From assembly GCA_964016885.1 (NCBI GenBank), contig OZ024744.1, positions 10,230,001 to 10,294,000 of the forward strand: a DNA stretch of 64,000 nucleotides, given 5' to 3'. Of this stretch, positions 40,764-56,000 are shown in pieces. Each line of letters begins with the position of its first letter. Position 1 is the stretch's first letter. This DNA is from Eledone cirrhosa. Its lineage: Eukaryota. The position numbers were made by a program, and so were the translations under genes. A model generated the notes under the pieces. The model did not search any database. It saw only the letters and a list, made by a program, of their open reading frames with translations, and had not been told where the DNA came from.

Positions 40764-43700
40764 TTGTGCTGTTATACTCCAATATGTTGTGTTGTTGTAC
40801 TCCAATATGTTGTGTTGTTATACTCCAATATGTTGTGTTGTGATACTCCAAAGTGTTGTGCTATTGTACTCCAATATGTTGTGTTGTTTTACTCCAATAG
40901 GTTGCGTTGTTGTACTCCAATCTGTTGTGTTGTTATACTCCAATATGTTGTGTTGTTATACTCCAATATGGTGTGTTGTTTTACTCCAATATGTTGTGTT
41001 GTTGCAATCCAATATGTTTGTGTTGTTTTACTCCAATATGTTGTGTTGTTATACTCAAATATGTTGTGTTGTTGTACTCCAATATGGTGTGTTGTTGTAC
41101 TCCAATATGTTGTGTTGTTGTACTCCAATATGTTGTGTTGTTATACTCCAATATGTTGTGTTGGTGTACTCCAATATGTTGTGCTGTTGAACTCCAAATC
41201 TCGTGTTGTTATACTCCAATGTGTTGTGTTGTTATACTCCAATATGTTGTGTTGTTGTACTCCAATATGTTGTGTTGTTGTACTCCAATATGTTGTGTTG
41301 TTGTACTCCAATATGTTGTGTTGTTGTACTCCAATATGTCATGTTATACTCCAATATGTCATGTTGTTTTACTCCAATATGTTGTGTTGTTGCACTCCAA
41401 TATGTCGTGTTGTTGTACTCCAATATGTTGTTTTGTTGTACTGCAATATGTTGTGTTGTTATACTCCAATATGCTGTGCTGTTGTACTCCAATATGTTGT
41501 GTTGTACTCCAATATGTTGTGTTGTTGTACTCCAATATATCATGTTGTCGTACTCCAATATGTCATGTTATACTCCAATATGTCGTTGTTATACTCCAAT
41601 ATGTCATGTTGCTGTACTCCAATATGTCGTGTTGTTGTACTCCAATATGTTTTGATGTTGTACTCCAATATGTTGTGTTGTTGTACTCCAATATGTTGTG
41701 TTGTTATACTCCAATATGTTGTGCTGTTGTACTCCAATATGTCAGGTTGTTGTACTCCGATATTTCGTGTTGTTCTACTCCAATATTTCATGTTGTTTTA
41801 CTCCAATATGTCGTGGTGTTGTACTCCAATATGTTTTGATGTTGTACTCCAATATGTCGTGTTGTTGTACTCCAATATGTTGTGTTGTTCAACTCCAAAA
41901 TGCTGTGTTGTTATACTCCTATATGTTGTGTTGTTGTACTCCAATATGTTGTGTTGTACTCCAATATGTTGTGTTGTTATACTCCACAATGTTGTGTTGT
42001 TGTACTCCAATAGGTTGTGTTGTTGTACTCCAATATCTCGTGTTGTTGTACTCCAATATGTAATGGTGTTCTACTTCAATATGTCGTATTGTTGTACTCC
42101 AATATGTTGTATTGTTGTTCTCCAATATGTCGTGTTGTTATACTCCAATATGTTATGATGTTGTACTCCAATATATTGTGTTGTTGTACTCCAATATGTT
42201 GTGTTGTTGTATTCAATACGCTGTGTTGTTGTACTCCAATATGTTGTGTTGTTGTACTCCAATATGTAGTTGTACTCCAATATGTTGTGTTGTTGTACTC
42301 CAATATGTTGTGTTGTTATACTCCAATATGTATTGTTGTTGTAATCCAATATGTTGTGTTGTACTCCAATATATAATGTTGTTGTACTCCAATATGTTGT
42401 GTTGTTGTACTCCGATATGTTGTGCTGTTGTACTCCAATATGTTGTGTTATTGTACTCCAATATGTTGTGTTGTTATACTCCAATACGTTATGTTGTTGT
42501 ACTCCAATATTTAGTGCTGTTATACTCCAATATGTTGTGTTGTTATACTCCAAAAAGTTGTGTTGTTTTACTCCAATATGTTGTGTTGTTATACTCCAGT
42601 ATGTTGTGTTGTTGTACTCCAATATGTTGTGCTGTTGTACTCCAATATGTCAGGTTGTTGTACTCCGATATTTCGTGTTGTTCTACTCCAATATTTCGTG
42701 TTGTTTTACTCCAATATGTCGTGGTGTTGTACTCCAATATGTTTTGATGTTGTACTCCAATATGTCGTGTTGTTGTACTCCAATATGTTGTGTTATTGTA
42801 CTCCAATATGCTGTGTTGTTATACTCCTAAATGTTGTGTTGTTGTACTCCAATATGTTGTGTTGTACTCCAATATGTTGTGTTGTTACACTCCACAATGT
42901 TGTGTTGTTGTACTCCAAAATGTGATGTTGCTGTACTCCAATATGTCGTATTGTTGTACTCCAATATGTTGTGTTGTTATACTCCAATATTTCGTGTTGT
43001 TTTACTCCAATGTCATGTTGTTGTACTCCAATATTTCGTGTTGTTGTACTCTAATATGTCATGTTGTTGTACTCCAATATTTCGTGTTGTTGTACTCCAA
43101 TATGTCATGGTGTTGTACTTCAATATGTCGTATTGTTGTACTCCAGTATGTTATGATGTTGTACTCCAATATATTGTGTTGTTGTACTCCAATATGTTGT
43201 GTTGTTATACTCCAATATGTTGTGTTATTTTACTCCAATATGTTGTGTTGTTGTACTCCAATATGTTGTGTTGTTGTACTCCAATATGTTGTGTTGTTGT
43301 AATCCAATATCTTGTGTTGTTGTACTCCAATATGTTGTGTTGTTGTTCTCCAATATGTTGTGTTGTTATACTCCAATATGTTGTGTTGTGATACTCCAAT
43401 ATGTTGTGCTGTTGTACTCCAATATGTGTTGTTGTTGTACTCCAATATGTTGCGTTGCTGTACTCCAATATATCATGTTGTCGTACTCCAATATGTCATG
43501 TTATACTCCAATATGTTTTGATGCTGTACTCCAATATGTCGTGTTGTTGTACTACAATATCTTGTGTTGTTGTACTCCAATATGTTGTTTTTTGTACTCC
43601 AATATGTCATGTTGTTGTACTCCAGTATGTCTTGTTATACTCCAATATGTCGTGCTGCTGTACTCCAATATGTCATGATGTTGTACTCCAATATGTTTTG

Positions 43701-44129
43701 CTGTTGTACTCCAATATGTTGTGTTGCTGTACTCCAATATGTTGTGTTGTTGTACTCCAATATGTTGTGTTGTTGTAATCCAATATCTTGTGTTGTTATA
43801 CTCCAATATGTTGTGTTGTTATACTCCAATATGTTGTGTTGTGATACTCCAATATGTTGTGCTGTTGTACTCCAATATGTTGAGTTGTTATACTCCAATA
43901 TGTAGTGTTGTTATACTCCAATATGTTGTGTTGTTGTACTCCAATCTGTTGTGTTATACTCCAATATTTTGTGTTGTTATACTGCAATATGTTGTGTTGT
44001 TATACTCCAATATGTTGTGTTGTTATACTCCAAGATGTTGTGCTGTGATACTCTAATATGTTGTGTTTTTGTACTCCAATATGTTGTGTTGTTGTACTCC
44101 AATATGTTGTGTTGTTGTAATCCAATATC
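40764..44129 (+). repeat. HOR type B, copy 2 (3,366 bp)
   Basis: Same B diagnostics at ~42,790; 12,802 bp from B1. Confidence 0.9.
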
Positions 44130-47100
44130 TTGTGCTGTTATACTCCAATATGTTGTGTTGTTGTACTCCAATATGTTGTGTTGTTATACTCCAATATGTT
44201 GTGTTGTGATACTCCAAAGTGTTGTGCTGTTGTACTCCAATATGTTGTGTTGTTTTACTCCAATAGGTTGCGTTGTTGTACTCCAATCTGTTGTGTTGTT
44301 ATACTCCAATATGGTGTGTTGTTTTACTCCAATATGTTGTGTTGTTGCAATCCAATATGTTTGTGTTGTTTTACTCCAATATGTTGTGTTGTTATACTCA
44401 AATATGTTGTGTTGTTGTACTCCAATATGGTGTGTTGTTGTACTCCAATATGTTGTGTTGTTGTACTCCAATATGTTGTGTTGTTATACTCCAATATGTT
44501 GTGTTGGTGTACTCCAATATGTTGTGCTGTTGAACTCCAAATCTCGTGTTGTTATACTCCAATGTGTTGTGTTGTTATACTCCAATATGTTGTGTTGTTG
44601 TACTCCAATATGTTGTGTTGTTGTACTCCAATATGTTGTGTTGTTGTACTCCAATATGTTGTGTTGTTGTACTCCAATATGTCATGTTATACTCCAATAT
44701 GTCATGTTGTTTTACTCCAATATGTTGTGTTGTTGCACTCCAATATGTCGTGTTGTTGTACTCCAATATGTTGTGTTGTTGTACTGCAATATGTTGTGTT
44801 GTTATACTCCAATATGCTGTGCTGTTGTACTCCAATATGTTGTGTTGTACTCCAATATGTTGTGTTGTTGTACTCCAATATATCATGTTGTCGTACTCCA
44901 ATATGTCATGTTATACTCCAATATGTCGTTGTTATACTCCAATATGTCATGTTGCTGTACTCCAATATGTCGTGTTGTTGTACTCCAATATGTTTTGATG
45001 TTGTACTCCAATATGTTGTGTTGTTGTACTCCAATATGTTGTGTTGTTATACTCCAATATGTTGTGCTGTTGTACTCCAATATGTCAGGTTGTTGTACTC
45101 CGATATTTCGTGTTGTTCTACTCCAATATTTCATGTTGTTTTACTCCAATATGTCGTGGTGTTGTACTCCAATATGTTTTGATGTTGTACTCCAATATGT
45201 CGTGTTGTTGTACTCCAATATGTTGTGTTGTTCAACTCCAAAATGCTGTGTTGTTATACTCCTATATGTTGTGTTGTTGTACTCCAATATGTTGTGTTGT
45301 ACTCCAATATGTTGTGTTGTTATACTCCACAATGTTGTGTTGTTGTACTCCAATAGGTTGTGTTGTTGTACTCCAATATCTCGTGTTGTTGTACTCCAAT
45401 ATGTAATGGTGTTCTACTTCAATATGTCGTATTGTTGTACTCCAATATGTTGTATTGTTGTTCTCCAATATGTCGTGTTGTTATACTCCAATATGTTATG
45501 ATGTTGTACTCCAATATATTGTGTTGTTGTACTCCAATATGTTGTGCTGTTGTACTCCAATATGTCAGGTTGTTGTACTCCGATATTTCGTGTTGTTCTA
45601 CTCCAATATTTCGTGTTGTTTTACTCCAATATGTCGTGGTGTTGTACTCCAATATGTTTTGATGTTGTACTCCAATATGTCGTGTTGTTGTACTCCAATA
45701 TGTTGTGTTGTTGAACTCCAATATGCTGTGTTGTTATACTCCTAAATGTTGTGTTGTTGTACTCCAATATGTTGTGTTGTACTCCAATATGTTGTGTTGT
45801 TACACTCCACAATGTTGTGTTGTTGTACTCCAAAATGTGATGTTGCTGTACTCCAATATGTCGTATTGTTGTACTCCAATATGTTGTGTTGTTATACTCC
45901 AATATTTCGTGTTGTTTTACTCCAATGTCATGTTGTTGTACTCCAATATTTCGTGTTGTTGTACTCTAATATGTCATGTTGTTGTACTCCAATATTTCGT
46001 GTTGTTGTACTCCAATATGTCATGGTGTTGTACTTCAATATGTCGTATTGTTGTACTCCAGTATGTTATGATGTTGTACTCCAATATATTGTGTTGTTGT
46101 ACTCCAATATGTTGTGTTGTTATACTCCAATATGTTGTGTTATTTTACTCCAATATGTTGTGTTGTTGTACTCCAATATGTTGTGTTGTTGTACTCCAAT
46201 ATGTTGTGTTGTTGTAATCCAATATCTTGTGTTGTTGTACTCCAATATGTTGTGTTGTTGTTCTCCAATATGTTGTGTTGTTATACTCCAATATGTTGTG
46301 TTGTGATACTCCAATATGTTGTGCTGTTGTACTCCAATATGTGTTGTTGTTGTACTCCAATATGTTGCGTTGCTGTACTCCAATATATCATGTTGTCGTA
46401 CTCCAATATGTCATGTTATACTCCAATATGTTTTGATGCTGTACTCCAATATGTCGTGTTGTTGTACTACAATATCTTGTGTTGTTGTACTCCAATATGT
46501 TGTTTTTTGTACTCCAATATGTCATGTTGTTGTACTCCAGTATGTCTTGTTATACTCCAATATGTCGTGCTGCTGTACTCCAATATGTCATGATGTTGTA
46601 CTCCAATATGTTTTGCTGTTGTACTCCAATATGTTGTGTTGCTGTACTCCAATATGTTGTGTTGTTGTACTCCAATATGTTGTGTTGTTGTAATCCAATA
46701 TCTTGTGTTGTTATACTCCAATATGTTGTGTTGTTATACTCCAATATGTTGTGTTGTGATACTCCAATATGTTGTGCTGTTGTACTCCAATATGTTGAGT
46801 TGTTATACTCCAATATGTAGTGTTGTTATACTCCAATATGTTGTGTTGTTGTACTCCAATCTGTTGTGTTATACTCCAATATTTTGTGTTGTTATACTGC
46901 AATATGTTGTGTTGTTATACTCCAATATGTTGTGTTGTTATACTCCAAGATGTTGTGCTGTGATACTCTAATATGTTGTGTTTTTGTACTCCAATATGTT
47001 GTGTTGTACTCCAATATGTTGTGTTGTTATACTCCAATATGCTGTGCTGTTGTACTCCAATATGTTGTGTTGTACTCCAATATGTTGTGTTGTTGTACTC

Positions 47101-48327
47101 CAATATATCATGTTGTCGTACTCCAATATGTCATGTTATACTCCAATATGTCGTTGTTATACTCCAATATGTCATGTTGCTGTACTCCAATATGTCGTGT
47201 TGTTGTACTCCAATATGTTTTGATGTTGTACTCCAATATGTTGTGTTGTTGTACTCCAATATGTTGTGTTGTTATACTCCAATATGTTGTGCTGTTGTAC
47301 TCCAATATGTCAGGTTGTTGTACTCCGATATTTCGTGTTGTTCTACTCCAATATTTCATGTTGTTTTACTCCAATATGTCGTGGTGTTGTACTCCAATAT
47401 GTTTTGATGTTGTACTCCAATATGTCGTGTTGTTGTACTCCAATATGTTGTGTTGTTGAACTCCAATATGCTGTGTTGTTATACTCCTATATGTTGTGTT
47501 GTTGTACTCCAATATGTTGTGTTGTACTCCAATATGTTGTGTTGTTATACTCCACAATGTTGTGTTGTTGTACTCCAATAGGTTATGTTGTTGTACTCCA
47601 ATATGTGATGTTGTTGTACTCCAATATGTTGTGTTGCTGTACTCCAATATGTTGTGTTGTTGTTCTCCAATATGTCGTGTTGTTATACTCCAATATGTTG
47701 TGTTATGATACTCCAATATGTTGTGCTGTTGTACTCCAATATGTTGTGTTGTTGTACTCCAATATGTTGTGTTGTTATACTCCAATATGTTGTGTTGTTA
47801 TACTCCAATATGTAGTGTTGTTATACTCCAATATGTTGTGTTGTTGTACTCCAATCTGTTGTGCTGCTGTACTCCAATATATTGTGTTATACTCCAATAT
47901 GTTGTGTTGTTGTACTCCAATATGTTGTGTTGTTGTAATCCAAAATGTTGTGTTGTTATACTCCAATATGTTGTGTTGTAATACTCCAATATGTTGTGCT
48001 CCAATATGTTGTGTTATACTCCAATGTGTTGTGTTCTTGTACTCCAATATGAAGTGTTGTAATACTCCAATATGTAGTGCTGTTGTTATACTCCAATATG
48101 TTGTGTTATAATCCAATGTGTTGTGTTGTTGTACTCCAATCTGTTGTGTTGTTATACTCCAATCTGTTGTGTTGTTATACTGCAATATGTTGTGTTGTTA
48201 TACTCCAATATGTTGTGTTGTTATACTCCAAGATGTTGTGCTGTGATACTCTAATATGTTGTGTTTTTGTACTCCAATATGTTGTGTTGTTGTACTCCAA
48301 TATGCTGTGTTGTTGTAATCCAATATC
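44130..48327 (+). repeat. HOR type C, copy 2 (4,198 bp = 4,649 - 23 - 428)
   Basis: One monomer lost at ~44,300 and a 428-bp deletion at ~45,545. Confidence 0.9.
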
Positions 48328-51300
48328 TTGTGCTGTTATACTCCAATATGTTGTGTTGTTGTACTCCAATATGTTGTGTTGTTATACTCCAATATGTTGT
48401 GTTGTGATACTCCAAAGTGTTGTGCTATTGTACTCCAATATGTTGTGTTGTTTTACTCCAATAGGTTGCGTTGTTGTACTCCAATCTGTTGTGTTGTTAT
48501 ACTCCAATATGTTGTGTTGTTATACTCCAATATGGTGTGTTGTTTTACTCCAATATGTTGTGTTGTTGCAATCCAATATGTTTGTGTTGTTTTACTCCAA
48601 TATGTTGTGTTGTTATACTCAAATATGTTGTGTTGTTGTACTCCAATATGGTGTGTTGTTGTACTCCAATATGTTGTGTTGTTGTACTCCAATATGTTGT
48701 GTTGTTATACTCCAATATGTTGTGTTGGTGTACTCCAATATGTTGTGCTGTTGAACTCCAAATCTCGTGTTGTTATACTCCAATGTGTTGCGTTGTTATA
48801 CTCCAATATGTTGTGTTGTTGTACTCCAATATGTTGTGTTGTTGTACTCCAATATGTTGTGTTGTTGTACTCCAATATGTTGTGTTGTTGTACTCCAATA
48901 TGTCATGTTATACTCCAATATGTCATGTTGTTTTACTCCAATATGTTGTGTTGTTGCACTCCAATATGTCGTGTTGTTGTACTCCAATATGTTGTGTTGT
49001 TGTACTGCAATATGTTGTGTTGTTATACTCCAATATGCTGTGCTGTTGTACTCCAATATGTTGTGTTGTACTCCAATATGTTGTGTTGTTGTACTCCAAT
49101 ATATCATGTTGTCGTACTCCAATATGTCATGTTATACTCCAATATGTCGTTGTTATACTCCAATATGTCATGTTGCTGTACTCCAATATGTCGTGTTGTT
49201 GTACTCCAATATGTTTTGATGTTGTACTCCAATATGTTGTGTTGTTGTACTCCAATATGTTGTGTTGTTATACTCCAATATGTTGTGCTGTTGTACTCCA
49301 ATATGTCAGGTTGTTGTACTCCGATATTTCGTGTTGTTCTACTCCAATATTTCATGTTGTTTTACTCCAATATGTCGTGGTGTTGTACTCCAATATGTTT
49401 TGATGTTGTACTCCAATATGTCGTGTTGTTGTACTCCAATATGTTGTGTTGTTCAACTCCAAAATGCTGTGTTGTTATACTCCTATATGTTGTGTTGTTG
49501 TACTCCAATATGTTGTGTTGTACTCCAATATGTTGTGTTGTTATACTCCACAATGTTGTGTTGTTGTACTCCAATAGGTTGTGTTGTTGTACTCCAATAT
49601 GTGATGTTGTTGTACTCCAATATGTCGTATTGTTGTACTCCAATATGTTGTGTTGTTATACTCCAATATTTCGTGTTGTTTTACTCCAATATGTCATGTT
49701 GTTGTACTCCAATATCTCGTGTTGTTGTACTCCAATATGTAATGGTGTTCTACTTCAATATGTCGTATTGTTGTACTCCAATATGTTGTATTGTTGTTCT
49801 CCAATATGTCGTGTTGTTATACTCCAATATGTTATGATGTTGTACTCCAATATATTGTGTTGTTGTACTCCAATATGTTGTGTTGTTGTATTCAATACGC
49901 TGTGTTGTTGTACTCCAATATGTTGTGTTGTTGTACTCCAATATGTAGTTGTACTCCAATATGTTGTGTTGTTGTACTCCAATATGTTGTGTTGTTATAC
50001 TCCAATATGTATTGTTGTTGTAATCCAATATGTTGTGTTGTACTCCAATATATAATGTTGTTGTACTCCAATATGTTGTGTTGTTGTACTCCGATATGTT
50101 GTGCTGTTGTACTCCAATATGTTGTGTTATTGTACTCCAATATGTTGTGTTGTTGTACTCCAATACGTTATGTTGTTGTACTCCAATATTTAGTGCTGTT
50201 ATACTCCAATATGTTGTGTTGTTATACTCCAAAAAGTTGTGTTGTTTTACTCCAATATGTTGTGTTGTTATACTCCAGTATGTTGTGTTGTTGTACTCCA
50301 ATATGTTGTGCTGTTGTACTCCAATATGTCAGGTTGTTGTACTCCGATATTTCGTGTTGTTCTACTCCAATATTTCGTGTTGTTTTACTCCAATATGTCG
50401 TGGTGTTGTACTCCAATATGTTTTGATGTTGTACTCCAATATGTCGTGTTGTTGTACTCCAATATGTTGTGTTGTTGAACTCCAATATGCTGTGTTGTTA
50501 TACTCCTAAATGTTGTGTTGTTGTACTCCAATATGTTGTGTTGTACTCCAATATGTTGTGTTGTTACACTCCACAATGTTGTGTTGTTGTACTCCAAAAT
50601 GTGATGTTGCTGTACTCCAATATGTCGTATTGTTGTACTCCAATATGTTGTGTTGTTATACTCCAATATTTCGTGTTGTTTTACTCCAATGTCATGTTGT
50701 TGTACTCCAATATTTCGTGTTGTTGTACTCTAATATGTCATGTTGTTGTACTCCAATATTTCGTGTTGTTGTACTCCAATATGTCATGGTGTTGTACTTC
50801 AATATGTCGTATTGTTGTACTCCAGTATGTTATGATGTTGTACTCCAATATATTGTGTTGTTGTACTCCAATATGTTGTGTTGTTATACTCCAATATGTT
50901 GTGTTATTTTACTCCAATATGTTGTGTTGTTGTACTCCAATATGTTGTGTTGTTGTACTCCAATATGTTGTGTTGTTGTAATCCAATATCTTGTGTTGTT
51001 GTACTCCAATATGTTGTGTTGTTGTTCTCCAATATGTTGTGTTGTTATACTCCAATATGTTGTGTTGTGATACTCCAATATGTTGTGCTGTTGTACTCCA
51101 ATATGTGTTGTTGTTGTACTCCAATATGTTGCGTTGCTGTACTCCAATATATCATGTTGTCGTACTCCAATATGTCATGTTATACTCCAATATGTTTTGA
51201 TGCTGTACTCCAATATGTCGTGTTGTTGTACTACAATATCTTGTGTTGTTGTACTCCAATATGTTGTTTTTTGTACTCCAATATGTCATGTTGTTGTACT

Positions 51301-53091
51301 CCAGTATGTCTTGTTATACTCCAATATGTCGTGCTGCTGTACTCCAATATGTCATGATGTTGTACTCCAATATGTTTTGCTGTTGTACTCCAATATGTTG
51401 TGTTGCTGTACTCCAATATGTTGTGTTGTTGTACTCCAATATGTTGTGTTGTTGTAATCCAATATCTTGTGTTGTTATACTCCAATATGTTGTGTTGTTA
51501 TACTCCAATATGTTGTGTTGTGATACTCCAATATGTTGTGCTGTTGTACTCCAATATGTTGAGTTGTTATACTCCAATATGTAGTGTTGTTATACTCCAA
51601 TATGTTGTGTTGTTGTACTCCAATCTGTTGTGTTATACTCCAATATTTTGTGTTGTTATACTGCAATATGTTGTGTTGTTATACTCCAATATGTTGTGTT
51701 GTTATACTCCAAGATGTTGTGCTGTGATACTCTAATATGTTGTGTTTTTGTACTCCAATATGTTGTGTTGTACTCCAATATGTTGTGTTGTTATACTCCA
51801 ATATGCTGTGCTGTTGTACTCCAATATGTTGTGTTGTACTCCAATATGTTGTGTTGTTGTACTCCAATATATCATGTTGTCGTACTCCAATATGTCATGT
51901 TATACTCCAATATGTCGTTGTTATACTCCAATATGTCATGTTGCTGTACTCCAATATGTCGTGTTGTTGTACTCCAATATGTTTTGATGTTGTACTCCAA
52001 TATGTTGTGTTGTTGTACTCCAATATGTTGTGTTGTTATACTCCAATATGTTGTGCTGTTGTACTCCAATATGTCAGGTTGTTGTACTCCGATATTTCGT
52101 GTTGTTCTACTCCAATATTTCATGTTGTTTTACTCCAATATGTCGTGGTGTTGTACTCCAATATGTTTTGATGTTGTACTCCAATATGTCGTGTTGTTGT
52201 ACTCCAATATGTTGTGTTGTTGAACTCCAATATGCTGTGTTGTTATACTCCTATATGTTGTGTTGTTGTACTCCAATATGTTGTGTTGTACTCCAATATG
52301 TTGTGTTGTTATACTCCACAATGTTGTGTTGTTGTACTCCAATAGGTTATGTTGTTGTACTCCAATATGTGATGTTGTTGTACTCCAATATGTTGTGTTG
52401 CTGTACTCCAATATGTTGTGTTGTTGTTCTCCAATATGTCGTGTTGTTATACTCCAATATGTTGTGTTATGATACTCCAATATGTTGTGCTGTTGTACTC
52501 CAATATGTTGTGTTGTTGTACTCCAATATGTTGTGTTGTTATACTCCAATATGTTGTGTTGTTATACTCCAATATGTAGTGTTGTTATACTCCAATATGT
52601 TGTGTTGTTGTACTCCAATCTGTTGTGCTGCTGTACTCCAATATATTGTGTTATACTCCAATATGTTGTGTTGTTGTACTCCAATATGTTGTGTTGTTGT
52701 AATCCAAAATGTTGTGTTGTTATACTCCAATATGTTGTGTTGTAATACTCCAATATGTTGTGCTCCAATATGTTGTGTTATACTCCAATGTGTTGTGTTC
52801 TTGTACTCCAATATGAAGTGTTGTAATACTCCAATATGTAGTGCTGTTGTTATACTCCAATATGTTGTGTTATAATCCAATGTGTTGTGTTGTTGTACTC
52901 CAATCTGTTGTGTTGTTATACTCCAATCTGTTGTGTTGTTATACTGCAATATGTTGTGTTGTTATACTCCAATATGTTGTGTTGTTATACTCCAAGATGT
53001 TGTGCTGTGATACTCTAATATGTTGTGTTTTTGTACTCCAATATGTTGTGTTGTTGTACTCCAATATGCTGTGTTGTTGTAATCCAATATC
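48328..53091 (+). repeat. HOR type A, copy 3 (4,764 bp)
   Basis: 575-codon ORF form; 12,328 bp from A2. Confidence 0.9.
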
Positions 53092-56000
53092 TTGTGCTGT
53101 TATACTCCAATATGTTGTGTTGTTGTACTCCAATATGTTGTGTTGTTATACTCCAATATGTTGTGTTGTGATACTCCAAAGTGTTGTGCTATTGTACTCC
53201 AATATGTTGTGTTGTTTTACTCCAATAGGTTGCGTTGTTGTACTCCAATCTGTTGTGTTGTTATACTCCAATATGTTGTGTTGTTATACTCCAATATGGT
53301 GTGTTGTTTTACTCCAATATGTTGTGTTGTTGCAATCCAATATGTTTGTGTTGTTTTACTCCAATATGTTGTGTTGTTATACTCAAATATGTTGTGTTGT
53401 TGTACTCCAATATGGTGTGTTGTTGTACTCCAATATGTTGTGTTGTTGTACTCCAATATGTTGTGTTGTTATACTCCAATATGTTGTGTTGGTGTACTCC
53501 AATATGTTGTGCTGTTGAACTCCAAATCTCGTGTTGTTATACTCCAATGTGTTGTGTTGTTATACTCCAATATGTTGTGTTGTTGTACTCCAATATGTTG
53601 TGTTGTTGTACTCCAATATGTTGTGTTGTTGTACTCCAATATGTTGTGTTGTTGTACTCCAATATGTCATGTTATACTCCAATATGTCATGTTGTTTTAC
53701 TCCAATATGTTGTGTTGTTGCACTCCAATATGTCGTGTTGTTGTACTCCAATATGTTGTTTTGTTGTACTGCAATATGTTGTGTTGTTATACTCCAATAT
53801 GCTGTGCTGTTGTACTCCAATATGTTGTGTTGTACTCCAATATGTTGTGTTGTTGTACTCCAATATATCATGTTGTCGTACTCCAATATGTCATGTTATA
53901 CTCCAATATGTCGTTGTTATACTCCAATATGTCATGTTGCTGTACTCCAATATGTCGTGTTGTTGTACTCCAATATGTTTTGATGTTGTACTCCAATATG
54001 TTGTGTTGTTGTACTCCAATATGTTGTGTTGTTATACTCCAATATGTTGTGCTGTTGTACTCCAATATGTCAGGTTGTTGTACTCCGATATTTCGTGTTG
54101 TTCTACTCCAATATTTCATGTTGTTTTACTCCAATATGTCGTGGTGTTGTACTCCAATATGTTTTGATGTTGTACTCCAATATGTCGTGTTGTTGTACTC
54201 CAATATGTTGTGTTGTTCAACTCCAAAATGCTGTGTTGTTATACTCCTATATGTTGTGTTGTTGTACTCCAATATGTTGTGTTGTACTCCAATATGTTGT
54301 GTTGTTATACTCCACAATGTTGTGTTGTTGTACTCCAATAGGTTGTGTTGTTGTACTCCAATATCTCGTGTTGTTGTACTCCAATATGTAATGGTGTTCT
54401 ACTTCAATATGTCGTATTGTTGTACTCCAATATGTTGTATTGTTGTTCTCCAATATGTCGTGTTGTTATACTCCAATATGTTATGATGTTGTACTCCAAT
54501 ATATTGTGTTGTTGTACTCCAATATGTTGTGTTGTTGTATTCAATACGCTGTGTTGTTGTACTCCAATATGTTGTGTTGTTGTACTCCAATATGTAGTTG
54601 TACTCCAATATGTTGTGTTGTTGTACTCCAATATGTTGTGTTGTTATACTCCAATATGTATTGTTGTTGTAATCCAATATGTTGTGTTGTACTCCAATAT
54701 ATAATGTTGTTGTACTCCAATATGTTGTGTTGTTGTACTCCGATATGTTGTGCTGTTGTACTCCAATATGTTGTGTTATTGTACTCCAATATGTTGTGTT
54801 GTTATACTCCAATACGTTATGTTGTTGTACTCCAATATTTAGTGCTGTTATACTCCAATATGTTGTGTTGTTATACTCCAAAAAGTTGTGTTGTTTTACT
54901 CCAATATGTTGTGTTGTTATACTCCAGTATGTTGTGTTGTTGTACTCCAATATGTTGTGCTGTTGTACTCCAATATGTCAGGTTGTTGTACTCCGATATT
55001 TCGTGTTGTTCTACTCCAATATTTCGTGTTGTTTTACTCCAATATGTCGTGGTGTTGTACTCCAATATGTTTTGATGTTGTACTCCAATATGTCGTGTTG
55101 TTGTACTCCAATATGTTGTGTTATTGTACTCCAATATGCTGTGTTGTTATACTCCTAAATGTTGTGTTGTTGTACTCCAATATGTTGTGTTGTACTCCAA
55201 TATGTTGTGTTGTTACACTCCACAATGTTGTGTTGTTGTACTCCAAAATGTGATGTTGCTGTACTCCAATATGTCGTATTGTTGTACTCCAATATGTTGT
55301 GTTGTTATACTCCAATATTTCGTGTTGTTTTACTCCAATGTCATGTTGTTGTACTCCAATATTTCGTGTTGTTGTACTCTAATATGTCATGTTGTTGTAC
55401 TCCAATATTTCGTGTTGTTGTACTCCAATATGTCATGGTGTTGTACTTCAATATGTCGTATTGTTGTACTCCAGTATGTTATGATGTTGTACTCCAATAT
55501 ATTGTGTTGTTGTACTCCAATATGTTGTGTTGTTATACTCCAATATGTTGTGTTATTTTACTCCAATATGTTGTGTTGTTGTACTCCAATATGTTGTGTT
55601 GTTGTACTCCAATATGTTGTGTTGTTGTAATCCAATATCTTGTGTTGTTGTACTCCAATATGTTGTGTTGTTGTTCTCCAATATGTTGTGTTGTTATACT
55701 CCAATATGTTGTGTTGTGATACTCCAATATGTTGTGCTGTTGTACTCCAATATGTGTTGTTGTTGTACTCCAATATGTTGCGTTGCTGTACTCCAATATA
55801 TCATGTTGTCGTACTCCAATATGTCATGTTATACTCCAATATGTTTTGATGCTGTACTCCAATATGTCGTGTTGTTGTACTACAATATCTTGTGTTGTTG
55901 TACTCCAATATGTTGTTTTTTGTACTCCAATATGTCATGTTGTTGTACTCCAGTATGTCTTGTTATACTCCAATATGTCGTGCTGCTGTACTCCAATATG

